Source: Candidatus Binatia bacterium (lineage in GTDB: Bacteria; Desulfobacterota; Binatia; UBA9968; CAXXLF01). From it: DNA of 64,000 nucleotides. Below are positions 22,578 through 32,702 of the stretch, piece by piece. Under the pieces are notes generated by a model, which was not told the origin of the DNA, did not search any database, and worked only from the letters and a program-made list of their open reading frames with translations. The DNA is taken from positions 1,184,001 to 1,248,000 of the forward strand of contig CAXXLF010000002.1 of the NCBI GenBank assembly GCA_963664015.2. The letters run 5' to 3'. Numbering within the stretch: position 1 is the first letter of the stretch; each line of letters opens with the position of its first letter. The translations under genes and the position numbers were made by a program.

Positions 22578-23756
22578 CTAACGTGCGCCAACCTGTGCGT
22601 CGTGGCTGGCGCGGATAGCACGGGCCCGGCCTTCCATCACGCCAGCCTCGTCCTCGCGCTGGGTCTTTCGAAGCAGTGCAGCGTAGTTGTCCAGGGTGAT
22701 AGCCACATCCGGATGCGCCTCGCCCAAAGTCCTCTCCCAAACCACCAGCGCCCGTTGGTAATGGGCTTCCGCCGCGCCGGACTTTCCCTGCGCATGGTAG
22801 AGCAATGCCAGGTTGTTCAAACCCTGCCCCCGATACGGGTGGTCGTCTCCCAGACGCTTTTCTACGATAGCCAGCGAACGTTTGAAGATCGGCTCAGCCT
22901 CGGTGTACTTTCCCTGGGCCTGTAAGGCCAGTCCCAGGTTGTTCAGATCCGTAGCCACATCTGGATGGCCGCGGCCAAGGGCCTTCTCGCCAATGGCTAA
23001 ACCGCGCTTGTGAACCCGCTCCGACTCGGCGTACCTGCCCTGGCCACGGTAGAGGGTCCCCAGGTTGTTCAGATCCCTACCCACATCGGGATGTTTGGAT
23101 CCGAGCGCCTTTTCATCGATCTTAAGCGCCCTGATCAATATGGGTTCGGCCTCAGCATATCGTTCCTCGGCTTGATACAGCGACGCCAGGTTGTTCAGGC
23201 TTGTGGCAACATGGGGATGGGTCGCACCAAGGGACTTTTCCAGGATTCCCAGGGCACGCTTGTAAAGCGGTTCGGCCTCGGCGTACTTGGCCTGTGCATA
23301 GTAGACCGCCGCCAGGTTGTTCAAGTCCGTAGCGATATCCGGGTTATCGGGCCCCAACGTCTTTTCGTCAATAGCCAGGACCCGCTTGTGCATGGCTAAG
23401 GCCTCGGCGTATCTACCCTGGGCATAGTAGAGTTGGGCCAGGTTGTACATGTTCGGGACCAGCTCGGGGTTGTCGGATCCGAGTAATTCCTCACCGATTG
23501 CTAAAGCCTTCTTCAATAACGATTCGACTTGAGCATACTTCCCTTGGATGTAGAGCTCTTTGGCCTTTTTATTTAAGGTTTGGGCCAGATACCAGTCCTT
23601 AGGTCCCAATGGGCGATCTTCGGCGGAACTGGAGGTGGTCCATCCCAGTCCAAGGAGCAGGGCTACGGATATAGCACATACCCAAATCCGACCCAACCGA
23701 TGGACGGCGTTCGGGAATTCCCCTCCTTGTACGGATACTCGGCGCTTAAAACTCAT
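22578..23756 (-). CDS. Secreted or membrane-anchored TPR protein (42-aa kinesin-light-chain-type repeats)
   Basis: Seven or more HPDVATxLNNLAxLYxxQGxYAEAE repeats after a hydrophobic N-terminal segment. Confidence 0.88.
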   Translation of the reverse strand: MSFKRRVSVQGGEFPNAVHRLGRIWVCAISVALLLGLGWTTSSSAEDRPLGPKDWYLAQTLNKKAKELYIQGKYAQVESLLKKALAIGEELLGSDNPELVPNMYNLAQLYYAQGRYAEALAMHKRVLAIDEKTLGPDNPDIATDLNNLAAVYYAQAKYAEAEPLYKRALGILEKSLGATHPHVATSLNNLASLYQAEERYAEAEPILIRALKIDEKALGSKHPDVGRDLNNLGTLYRGQGRYAESERVHKRGLAIGEKALGRGHPDVATDLNNLGLALQAQGKYTEAEPIFKRSLAIVEKRLGDDHPYRGQGLNNLALLYHAQGKSGAAEAHYQRALVVWERTLGEAHPDVAITLDNYAALLRKTQREDEAGVMEGRARAIRASHDAQVGAR

Positions 23757-24400
23757 CCGCGAGTTTTCCTCCGGCGCGGCGTCCTGGCCTGTCTTTTCCG
23801 AGGTTGTGCTGGGGGCTGAGCTTTAAGTGCGGACTTGGGTGAGATCATCGTTTCGTTGGTCTTACGGGTAAAGTCCAGTACGAGCTCGATGCGATCCGAC
23901 CCCTTTAGAAGTATGATCTTCCCGGGTTCGACCTCGGCCAATTCAAATCCTCCCTGGCTATCGCCAAGGTCAACCCGCCGTAGTTGATTCGCTCCCCTTT
24001 TGCCCACAATCACGCCAGGACCTTTACTGCCCTGGCTTCCGTCCGTAGAGGACCGGGGGACCCGAATGATAGCCTGACGGGCACCTGGTGTAATCATTGT
24101 CCCCAGAAAGACAAAGTCTTGGGCTGGTTTGCGGTTCACAGAAGACGTCTCTGTTACCTTGCCGGGGCCACTGCCGCGCTTCGGATCAAAGAGGGTTTTA
24201 TTAACAATAGAGGCGATACTCAGAGAAAAAGGTTTGAGCCGTGGCTGGCTTTCAATGTCCGGTCCCGTACCTGCGTGTTTCTTCGGGGAAGCAGGAGGCG
24301 CCATCAGCGGTTCCTGCCAGAGCTGAAAAATCCTGTAACCGGCAAACACAATGGCGGCGAATATAACCAGGCTGAGAGTTGATGATCGCTTGAAGGGCAT
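23753..24400 (-). CDS. Membrane-anchored protein resembling type II secretion GspC/GspN
   Basis: N-terminal TM, IVNKTLFDPKRG, FLGTMI...AII and LGDSQGGFELAEV beta-rich segment. Confidence 0.45.
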   Translation of the reverse strand: MPFKRSSTLSLVIFAAIVFAGYRIFQLWQEPLMAPPASPKKHAGTGPDIESQPRLKPFSLSIASIVNKTLFDPKRGSGPGKVTETSSVNRKPAQDFVFLGTMITPGARQAIIRVPRSSTDGSQGSKGPGVIVGKRGANQLRRVDLGDSQGGFELAEVEPGKIILLKGSDRIELVLDFTRKTNETMISPKSALKAQPPAQPRKRQARTPRRRKTRG

Positions 24401-24604
24401 TGGGAACCTTTTTCAGTGCGGATGCATGCCATCCGCCTCATTTCCTTTAGGTAACCGCATGAGTTTTTAATAGAGTCTCATCCCGCTGTCAATAAGACGG
24501 GAATCCGCCAGCGCGTTCAGGTTGATAGGGTTTGACCGATCGAATATCGTCGCCTCACTCAGCCCCAGCGACCTTTGTTAAGGAATTACCGAGATCTTCC
24601 GTGC

Positions 24605-24781
24605 CTGGGCCCAATCGGACCGCTGGCCACCGGATATATCCGGGACCTGACTGGAAGCTATTCTCTCGCATTCACTGTATTCGCGGGTGTCTTTCTCCTG
24701 ATGTTCGTGCTTATATTCTTTGCCACCCCTCCCTCAAAGGCCATCGCCGCATCCGGTACTGGTAGCGCTGAATCAAACTAA
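24605..24781 (+). pseudogene. C-terminal remnant of an MFS transporter paralogue
   Basis: LGPIGPLATGYIRDLTGSYSLAF is nearly the same as the last helices of the adjacent MFS (LGPLGPVFTGFIRDVTGSYTLAF). Confidence 0.7.
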
Positions 24782-24904
24782 AGAGTATGGGTTAAGGAAC
24801 CGAATAGGGTCCACCCTGCAAACTGGGAAGTTGTCGCCATTGGGCGTAGCCCCTTATCAAAGCCCGTTCAAAGCGTTCAAAGAAGGACCCGCTGAACCGT
24901 AGGA

Positions 24905-26221
24905 ATGAGTCTCCAACGCCCTCCCACCTTGCTCCCCATACCGCGTGTCTGGCCTTTCAAGCGCGTCTACTATGGATGGGCCATTGTTACAGCCGCCGTG
25001 CTTGCCTCCTTTGGTCAGGTCCCGGTATTTGGTCCGGTGCTCGGGGTCTTTATTTTTCCTATGCAGGAGGAACTCGGCTGGTCAAGACTCACCCTCTCCC
25101 TGGGCTTCACACTTGGCAGCATGACCGGGTCCGTCATAACGTATATTATCGGTTCGCTGCTTGACCGGTACGGCGCGCGAATTATCGTCGTGGCAACGGG
25201 AGTCATCATTACCGCAGCCATGTTAGGTCTGGCGGTGATGGATCAGCCCTGGCAATTCTGGACTTTTTTTGCCATGGGCCGCGGGGCGGCACTAGCAGGC
25301 ATCCAGATGGGCGCCTCCGTAGCTATCGCCAACTGGTTCGTCCGCAAGCGTGGCCGCGCCATCGCTATTAAAGGGATGGGACTCCGGATTGGTCAGGCCA
25401 CTTTCCCATTGGTCATATTTGCCATCATGGCAGCATCCACATGGCGCCATGCCTATCTTGCTCTGGCCGGCTTAACCTTTGTGTGTATCGTTTTGCCATC
25501 CGCGTTATTTATTCGGCGGCGGCCTGAAGACTTTGGACTCCATCCCGATGGCGCGACTCCCGACGCCTCAGCGCCTCGAGAAACTTCCAATACCCCGGGA
25601 TCCAGCCAAGACAGCAAAAAAGAAGATGAGGAGTCGTGGACGTTGTCCGAAGCCAGGAGGACCCGCACCTTATGGCTGCTCGTGCTCTTCACCCTTGTTG
25701 CACCGTTCGCTTTAGGCTCCATGAACCTCCACATGGTTGCAAATTTCCAGGACAAAGGAATCCCAGCCGGTTGGGCCGTCAGCGTTCTATCCATCTTCGC
25801 CGCCACCTCTTCGCTGACTGTTTTACCGTGGGGGTTTTTATTGGAGCGCGTCCACGTTCGTTACGCTTCCATGTTCATGTGTGTGTTCCATAGCATGGCG
25901 GTTGTCATGATCATCCTAGCGAATACTTATCCCATGGCCGTTGCCTTTGGAATTGTCTTCGGCATTGCTCAGGGTGGCTGGACGGTGATTCAGAACCTAA
26001 TTTTTTCGGATTACTTTGGACGTCGCCATGCGGGAGTCATAAGAGGATTCGTAGCACCGTTCAAGATCCTCGGTCCACTGGGCCCAGTGTTCACCGGATT
26101 CATTCGAGACGTGACCGGCAGTTACACTCTGGCCTTCAAGATCCTAGCTGGAACCTTTGTTATTATGTTCGTTCTCTTGATTCTGGCGGTTCCACCGAAA
26201 AAAGCGTCCTACTCAGAGTAG
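24905..26221 (+). CDS. MFS transporter (OFA/MCT-like)
   Basis: About 12 TM segments, YYGWAIV, GSLLDRYGAR and NWFVRKRGRA. Confidence 0.92.
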   Translation: MSLQRPPTLLPIPRVWPFKRVYYGWAIVTAAVLASFGQVPVFGPVLGVFIFPMQEELGWSRLTLSLGFTLGSMTGSVITYIIGSLLDRYGARIIVVATGVIITAAMLGLAVMDQPWQFWTFFAMGRGAALAGIQMGASVAIANWFVRKRGRAIAIKGMGLRIGQATFPLVIFAIMAASTWRHAYLALAGLTFVCIVLPSALFIRRRPEDFGLHPDGATPDASAPRETSNTPGSSQDSKKEDEESWTLSEARRTRTLWLLVLFTLVAPFALGSMNLHMVANFQDKGIPAGWAVSVLSIFAATSSLTVLPWGFLLERVHVRYASMFMCVFHSMAVVMIILANTYPMAVAFGIVFGIAQGGWTVIQNLIFSDYFGRRHAGVIRGFVAPFKILGPLGPVFTGFIRDVTGSYTLAFKILAGTFVIMFVLLILAVPPKKASYSE

Positions 26222-26335
26222 GAATTTAAAGGGGGTTCATAAAACGCCTTGCCTTCAAATAGAAAGGCATCGTCGCGCGAGCCTTCTTTTACCCGTTACC
26301 GTAAAATACAACCAAAAAATTGAGATTGGGTTGCT

Positions 26336-26492
26336 TAGCAGGTTACTGAAAAATTATGTTGGCAGACTGTTCAAAAAGATCTCAGAGGCGAGGCGCGCGA
26401 AAGATCGGCGAGCGGAAGCGTCCTTGCGTGGTACGTGGGAGTGAGACGATTGAGCGCAACGAAGCATATGAGGCTTTTTCAGTAGCCTGCTA
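26336..26492. mobile_element. MITE-like non-autonomous element with terminal inverted repeats
   Basis: TAGCAGGTTACTGAAAAA ... TTTTTCAGTAGCCTGCTA (17/18 complementary); 157 bp with no ORF. Confidence 0.65.
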
Positions 26493-27272
26493 GAGTTTAA
26501 AGCGGCGCACGTACCCCCGCAGAACCAGTGCCCAAACCTTGACCGTCATCTCCGCCGCGTATTCCATGCTCCAGTTGAACCTTGTTTCAGTCAAACCGTG
26601 TTCAAATACCTGGCGCAGCATGATGGCGTTTTCTTCCCGGGTGCCTAAAGCGCCACCGCCCTCTTTGTCTTTGTCCAAGCGGCTGTTCATCGCCCAGTAT
26701 TCGATTGCTTCACCGCTCAATCCGCATTGCTTGTCCAGCGCTTTGCACCACAGCCGCGCATATGGCGAGAGGGCACTACCAATCTGCGCGGCCACAACCT
26801 CCGCAAACGTCCCTTCTGAATGCAACCGTCCCAAGTAGGCAACCAGTCCTCTAAGATCCGTACTCCGTGGCGGGTCGTTCACTTGGACCTCCGAGATGCC
26901 AATAGCGAAGAGAAGGTTTCGCAGCAGGATCGTTCGGCCACCGGCCATGGGACGGGTCAGCTCGTTGGAAATCCTTTCCAGATACTCTTCTTCAATTACG
27001 ACGTAGGTGCGGCTGATATCGACGAAGCGTTTGTAGAGACGGCTGAAGCTTGCCGCCATCTCTCGATGAAAGACATACCAGTCTAGGCTCGCCGCATGGA
27101 TGGCTTCCAACGGCAGATCACAGGCCTCCAGGCGCAGTGTGAAGGGGTGATTTAAGATATAAGTGCGAACCAGTTCATCGGTAGTCTTTAGGAAACGGTC
27201 CGCTTGAGCATCGGCTTCGGCGACGGGAAGCTCTACCCGTTGGACTGAACTGGCTTGCGCTGGGTTCACCAT
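26490..27272 (-). CDS. Heme-oxygenase-like (TenA/PqqC) protein with degenerate metal ligands
   Basis: HPFTLRLEACDLPLEAI, ISNEL and EGTFAE are collinear with 18044-18844, but the His ligands are replaced. Confidence 0.6.
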   Translation of the reverse strand: MVNPAQASSVQRVELPVAEADAQADRFLKTTDELVRTYILNHPFTLRLEACDLPLEAIHAASLDWYVFHREMAASFSRLYKRFVDISRTYVVIEEEYLERISNELTRPMAGGRTILLRNLLFAIGISEVQVNDPPRSTDLRGLVAYLGRLHSEGTFAEVVAAQIGSALSPYARLWCKALDKQCGLSGEAIEYWAMNSRLDKDKEGGGALGTREENAIMLRQVFEHGLTETRFNWSMEYAAEMTVKVWALVLRGYVRRFKL

Positions 27273-27321
27273 TGCACAGCACCTAAGGACACTCCGTGGA
27301 ACACCGTGATTTAAAATCCAG

Positions 27322-28920
27322 TCACGGTTTGACCCGCCCGGACTTAGCCTTTTCGCCGGTTATGAAATGGTCGCCTTTTAATGCAAGCTGGGCCTCTTCC
27401 ACGTCCTGGTCGCTCCAAACACCCAGGCTGTAACCGTACCAAGGCATGCGGGGCTTCAATTTGGGCAAGCCCAGCTCTTCCCAGATTCCCTTGGCATTCT
27501 CCATTATATCCTTACGCGGCAGAGAAACCGGCATATAGGGCCAGGGCCGGGTCGCGTCGATCAACAGGGTTGTCATTTCTGCTTCTCTGCGCTGTTGGTT
27601 AGTGGCCGATGGCGGTGCTGCCGACGGGTCCAGGCCAGGATATTTCCCCTTGCCAATCACGACGTCCTTATCGGGGATGACATTAAAACAGATTGCCCAG
27701 TTGACCATGGCCGGGTCGCGGATATCGACATCCTCGTCGACAGCGATAGCGATTTTTGCAAAGGGTCCGACAAACCCAGCTGTCGCGTGCAAGGCCCGCC
27801 AGACCTCGGAAGTAAGGTGTTTCTTCATTTTGATAACGCAATAGGATTGGCCGCTCCCGCTCACTTCGTCATGAAGGGCAACATCGAGCACACTGGAATT
27901 TCCGCTATCGTATCGCAGGTACTTGTAAAGAATCTTTTCAGTCCCCATATGCTTGATCTTGCTGCTCTCACTGGGAGGGAACTGACTAATGAGAGCGGAA
28001 TAGATGGCATCCTGACGGTGAGTTATGGCCGTGACTTCCATATAGGGCGAAAGTCCCCGTGGCCCCATGTAGCCGGGATACTCGCCGAACGGCCCTTCGG
28101 GCTCGACAAAATCCGTGGGGATGATTCCTTCGATGACTAATTCGGCGGTGGCCGGCACCTCGATATCCACCGTGGCGCACCTGACCAGTTCTATAGGTTG
28201 TCCGGCGAGCCCTCCGGCCAGACGGTATTCATCGAAATCAAACGGGATCTTTGCAGTTGCCGCGTAGGCAACGGCCGGAATAGCACCTACGATAACGGCG
28301 GCCTCCAACGGTTTGCCCATGGCCATGCACTTTCTCCAGTGTTGCCCCATGTGTTGCCCGGTGAAAAACCCTCCCGTACGGGTCGAACTTTTGATCTGCC
28401 CCCGATAGTTTCCGATGTTGTATATGCCGCTCTCAGGATCCTTGGATACCCAGTTGGCCGAAGTCAGATATGGCCCATTATCAAAACCAGGGGTGGAAAT
28501 GGGCACAGGAATCCTTTCCAGCCCGTGACCGTTACGAAGGTCGTCTCCCTGCCAGACCACCTCTTGGACCGGTCCCGACCGAACGGTTGTGGGAGAGATG
28601 GCCCTTAACTGAGCATTGGTCCATCGGTCGTGGATCTCTTCCGGCTTGCACATAAGCCCGATGGCATAGATCTCAGACGATGCAGCGAGGGTTCCAACAG
28701 AGACGGGCATGTCATAGCGTTGGCCTTTGGAATCGATCACCTTCTCGAAGAGAAAGGCCTTCCTCTGTTCCTCGTCCAGGCCGCGGAACTGCCAGCGCAC
28801 GAGCGGCATGAGCTCCGTATCTTTGTTTATTTCGCGGCTGATCCTAACCAGTTTGTCCTGTTGCTCCAGCGCCGCCAGATGCTCTCTCACATCCTGGTAG
28901 TATTTCCTTTTTTGCTCCAT
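27322..28920 (-). CDS. UbiD family prFMN-dependent (de)carboxylase
   Basis: NIGNYR, EGPFGEYPGY, SQFPPSESS and IAVDEDVD. Confidence 0.93.
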   Translation of the reverse strand: MEQKRKYYQDVREHLAALEQQDKLVRISREINKDTELMPLVRWQFRGLDEEQRKAFLFEKVIDSKGQRYDMPVSVGTLAASSEIYAIGLMCKPEEIHDRWTNAQLRAISPTTVRSGPVQEVVWQGDDLRNGHGLERIPVPISTPGFDNGPYLTSANWVSKDPESGIYNIGNYRGQIKSSTRTGGFFTGQHMGQHWRKCMAMGKPLEAAVIVGAIPAVAYAATAKIPFDFDEYRLAGGLAGQPIELVRCATVDIEVPATAELVIEGIIPTDFVEPEGPFGEYPGYMGPRGLSPYMEVTAITHRQDAIYSALISQFPPSESSKIKHMGTEKILYKYLRYDSGNSSVLDVALHDEVSGSGQSYCVIKMKKHLTSEVWRALHATAGFVGPFAKIAIAVDEDVDIRDPAMVNWAICFNVIPDKDVVIGKGKYPGLDPSAAPPSATNQQRREAEMTTLLIDATRPWPYMPVSLPRKDIMENAKGIWEELGLPKLKPRMPWYGYSLGVWSDQDVEEAQLALKGDHFITGEKAKSGRVKP

Positions 28921-29514
28921 GTGATTTCCCTATACTAGGTAAGATTGGTATGTTGGAAAGGGCTTCAGGTAATTTTACTTAGAATGGCATTAATTTGGTT
29001 TGATCTCATTAACATTGACAAACTATACTGTCAAGCCTCACCCCCAAGGTTCGCAGCAAACGGATGTCCTGCGCGTTTACGTTTTGTTGCACTGCATTGC
29101 CAAGGAGATCACTTTTCAGTGACCGATTCGAACATTCTGTTGATAAACGGACGCCCTCCAGTGGCCCAGAACTTGCATAACCCATTCACCACAACGAGGG
29201 TTCGTCCATCGCATTCCTCCATGAGCTTATGCCCATGATCTACTGAGAAGGCGGATAATCCAGCTTTGCCACCACGAGTTTCGTAATATGGGCTGGTAAT
29301 TTCCTTGACCTATGGGCCCGAAGCGATAAGATCAACTGGTTTCAAAGGGTCAACAGCGGAGAAATCCACCCTCATCGGAATTCCGCTAAGGAAAGAAAGA
29401 AACGGATTATAGGCACGGGCCCCCCCGGCAGGTAAGGAAGACCGCCGAAGGCCCCATTGAATCCCATCACTGGAGTTCCTCCCGGAAATTTGTTCCCTTA
29501 AGGAGACCAAGAAT

Positions 29515-31404
29515 ATGTCATTTTTCCCCCAACATCGCACCACCCCTCTCCCCGGTGGTTACATGGGCAAGATCCTACGGGTCAATCTCACCTCTGGGTC
29601 CATAAAAGATGAGAACCTTCCCGAGGAACCCGTACTCCGAAGATTCATCGGCGGCCAGGCACTGGCGTCATACATCCTGCTCAAGGAATTGCCCCTGGAC
29701 GCTACGCCCTTCGGGCCTGAAAACAAGGTCGTGCTGATGACCGGACCTATCACGGGAAACGGATTGACACCGGGCGGCACCAAGTTTACGTCCGTGTACC
29801 TGAGTCCCCTCACAGGCAATACACTGGGGCGTGGAGCGTCCAGCGGGTTCTGGGGAATCTATCTCAAGGCCGCCGGTTACGATGGGCTCATCATTGAAGG
29901 AGCCGCATCGGAGCCTACTTACCTGTTCATCCATGAGGGCAAGGTAGAGCTACGCGATGCTACCAAGTTTTGGGGACAAGGGACGAGGGCAACGGAGGAC
30001 AACCTGCGCGAAGAGGTAGGGTTCAAAGACGCCAAGGTCCTCTGTATGGGCCCGGCAGGGGAAAATCTCAACCATGCTGCTATGTTGTGCAATGACTACA
30101 ACCATTTTGCTGCTCATAGCGGCGGAGCGGTCTTCGGGTCGAAAAAGCTCAAGGCAATCGTAGTTCATGGGACTTTACGCCCGAGGATTCAGAACAAAGA
30201 CGGCCTATTGGACGCAGGAATGCGCTGGCGCAAGATTTTGACCCCGCAGAAAGTCGAAGAGAAAAAAACCAAGATGGGCCACGGCGAGTCCTGGGGTGCG
30301 CTCAACAACCTCAACTGGCGTAGCACTGAAATTGCGGACCATAACCGCGGCTTCAATCAGAACCGCGTCGTGCTCCGGCCTTGCTTTCAATGTGCAAGGC
30401 TTTGCCCTTGGGATGTGGAGATTCAGGAAGGGCCACACAAAGGGACCCTGGCCCATTTTAATGCCGGGGGCGAATGGCTCGATGCCTTCTTTAATCTCGG
30501 GATTAAAGGCAACTCGGTCTTGTATCTGTCAGAGCGCATCAATGATCTCGGCATCGAGTGCAGCCACTTCTCCTGCGGTGCAGGGGTTGCCTTCGAAGCC
30601 TGGGAAAAGGGCATGCTCAAATTGGAACAAACCGAAGGACTGAAACTGGAATGGGGAAGTGTCGAAGCAGTTGAAGGGTTATTAGAGATGGCCGCTCGCC
30701 GCCAGGGGTGGCTGGGGAATCTCCTGGCCGACGGTCCCAAGCAGCTCGCCGAGGCGATCGGAGGCGACGCACCCAACTGGGCAGTGCACACTAAAGGCGG
30801 GACTCCGGCCATGCACGAGTGGCGACCGCTACTTGGACAGATGCTGAGAGAGCTAGTTAGTAGTGGAGGGATGAAACCGCAGGGGGGAGGGTCTGTAAAC
30901 CCTCCACCGGACCTCAGCGAACGCGAGAAATGGGGGCCGCTGAATCGGGATGACCCAAAGGGCTGGCCCCGCTCACAAGTTATCTCAGAACAGTACCGGC
31001 AATTCTGCGGCATCATCGGCGGTTGCTGGTTTGCTCAGGTCCCTAACAAGCCCGACGGTCTCAACTGTATCAGAGACACCCTCAACGCAACGACGGGGTG
31101 GGATTTCGACATGGAAGAGGTTCTAGACGCCGGTCACCGGAGTATGATCCTGCAGAGTATTTTTGGAACTCAGCGGGGATGGATAGCAGAACTGGACTGG
31201 AAGGATGTGGGACCGAGATTCCTAGAGCCTATTCCTGACGGCAAATATAAGGGCTTTACCATCGCCAAGTGGCTACCCGACATGATCTACGAATACCACC
31301 GGCTATGCGAGCGAGACGAAAAGACCGGTCGTCCCTTGAAACAGCTCTTGGAAAGACTCGGCCTGGACGAGTTCATGGAGTGGAGCCAGCCTGACTCGAA
31401 TTAG
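29515..31404 (+). CDS. Aldehyde:ferredoxin oxidoreductase family (W/Mo-bis-pterin)
   Basis: GYMGKILRVNLT, LKAAGYDGLIIEG, GSKKLKAI, CFQCARLC and GGCWF Fe-S ligands. Confidence 0.9.
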   Translation: MSFFPQHRTTPLPGGYMGKILRVNLTSGSIKDENLPEEPVLRRFIGGQALASYILLKELPLDATPFGPENKVVLMTGPITGNGLTPGGTKFTSVYLSPLTGNTLGRGASSGFWGIYLKAAGYDGLIIEGAASEPTYLFIHEGKVELRDATKFWGQGTRATEDNLREEVGFKDAKVLCMGPAGENLNHAAMLCNDYNHFAAHSGGAVFGSKKLKAIVVHGTLRPRIQNKDGLLDAGMRWRKILTPQKVEEKKTKMGHGESWGALNNLNWRSTEIADHNRGFNQNRVVLRPCFQCARLCPWDVEIQEGPHKGTLAHFNAGGEWLDAFFNLGIKGNSVLYLSERINDLGIECSHFSCGAGVAFEAWEKGMLKLEQTEGLKLEWGSVEAVEGLLEMAARRQGWLGNLLADGPKQLAEAIGGDAPNWAVHTKGGTPAMHEWRPLLGQMLRELVSSGGMKPQGGGSVNPPPDLSEREKWGPLNRDDPKGWPRSQVISEQYRQFCGIIGGCWFAQVPNKPDGLNCIRDTLNATTGWDFDMEEVLDAGHRSMILQSIFGTQRGWIAELDWKDVGPRFLEPIPDGKYKGFTIAKWLPDMIYEYHRLCERDEKTGRPLKQLLERLGLDEFMEWSQPDSN

Positions 31405-31788
31405 ACAAGAGCAAAGGGTCCTTGCTCTATGCGCTATGCAGTAAATTCTATGCGGCCCTCTGGGCGCATCCGTGGGAAGCCTGCCAAATTGCTAGAATCA
31501 TTAAACTATTATGGGGCAATTTCAAACTTGGAACGAATTTTCCCCGCTCATTGACACCCGGTTTCCATCCCAATATAAGAACCTATCCCGAAATTCGGAT
31601 TCCTAGGCTCTGACCGTACAGCGCAGGCTATATGTCTGGCCGGATCCTGTGGGATTCCATTGGGAATGATTGGGGTAGAATTCGGACTCCAGGTAACTCC
31701 AAGTTTCGACACTTTCCTCCACGTGGGCATCTGCATCAATAACCATCTTTCGTTATCTCCTCAAAAACTGTTTGTTCACGGTCTTGGT

Positions 31789-32574
31789 CTAGCTACCGCC
31801 ATGGGCATCAAGGATCGCTCCGTTGACAAAGGCCGCAGCCTCCGAGGCCAGGAACAGGGCCACCCCCCCAATATCATCGGCCACACCCACCCGTCCCACG
31901 GCGATGCGCTTCGCCGCATTTGCGAGGGCACCTCTGTCGGTTCCGACCCTGGGTGTGTTGATCATGCCCGGGGCGATGCAGTTGACACGGACATCGGGGC
32001 CCCACTGATGGGCCATATTGACTGTCAAGTTGATGACGGCAGCCTTCGCCGCTGCGTAGGCCGCCATATCCAAACTGTTTGTCGGGTTCCCGCGGCCCGC
32101 ATTGGAACCGATATTGATGATTACGCCTTTACCTTGTTTTTTCATTACCGGTACCACGGCTTTTGAGCACAGAAACACGCTCTTCACGTTAATCTCAAAG
32201 ACACCCATGAAGTCTTCCTCGCTCATTTCAACCAGTGGCACCTTCTTAAACTGTGTCGTATATGAGCTACGACTGAAAGATCCGCCGGCCACGTTGGCCA
32301 GGATATCGATCCGACCAAACTTCTCCACGCTCTGTTTCACCATTGCTGCAACCTGGTCGGATTTGGACACATCAACCGTCACCCCCAGGGCCTGAACCCC
32401 CAACGCCTCGACTTCCGCGACCGCAGGCGGGATCTCCTCCGGTGGAACGGAGGCAATAACAACGTTGGCTCCAGCCTTGGCAAAAGCCCGCGCGCATCCG
32501 CGTCCGATCCCTCCACCTCCACCGGTGACAATGGCGGTCTGCCCTTCAAGAGAAAATCGGGATAGATCGGTCAT
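31789..32574 (-). CDS. Short-chain dehydrogenase/reductase
   Basis: TGGGGGIG, YAAAK and VRVNCIAPG. Confidence 0.93.
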   Translation of the reverse strand: MTDLSRFSLEGQTAIVTGGGGGIGRGCARAFAKAGANVVIASVPPEEIPPAVAEVEALGVQALGVTVDVSKSDQVAAMVKQSVEKFGRIDILANVAGGSFSRSSYTTQFKKVPLVEMSEEDFMGVFEINVKSVFLCSKAVVPVMKKQGKGVIINIGSNAGRGNPTNSLDMAAYAAAKAAVINLTVNMAHQWGPDVRVNCIAPGMINTPRVGTDRGALANAAKRIAVGRVGVADDIGGVALFLASEAAAFVNGAILDAHGGS

Positions 32575-32702
32575 GGTTCTCCTCCTGTATTGACACCGGG
32601 GCTCGGCCGCCCGTAATCCGACCCCACGTCAACACGGAGTGCCGAATTGTCAAGCGTTGAACACACCCTAAAACATCCGACTCATTTGTTTTTCTGCGGC
32701 GA

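Noticed and set aside
29240-29510. Moco/Wco riboswitch upstream of the AOR gene
   Set aside because: Could not find the conserved motif elements by eye; needs an Infernal search.
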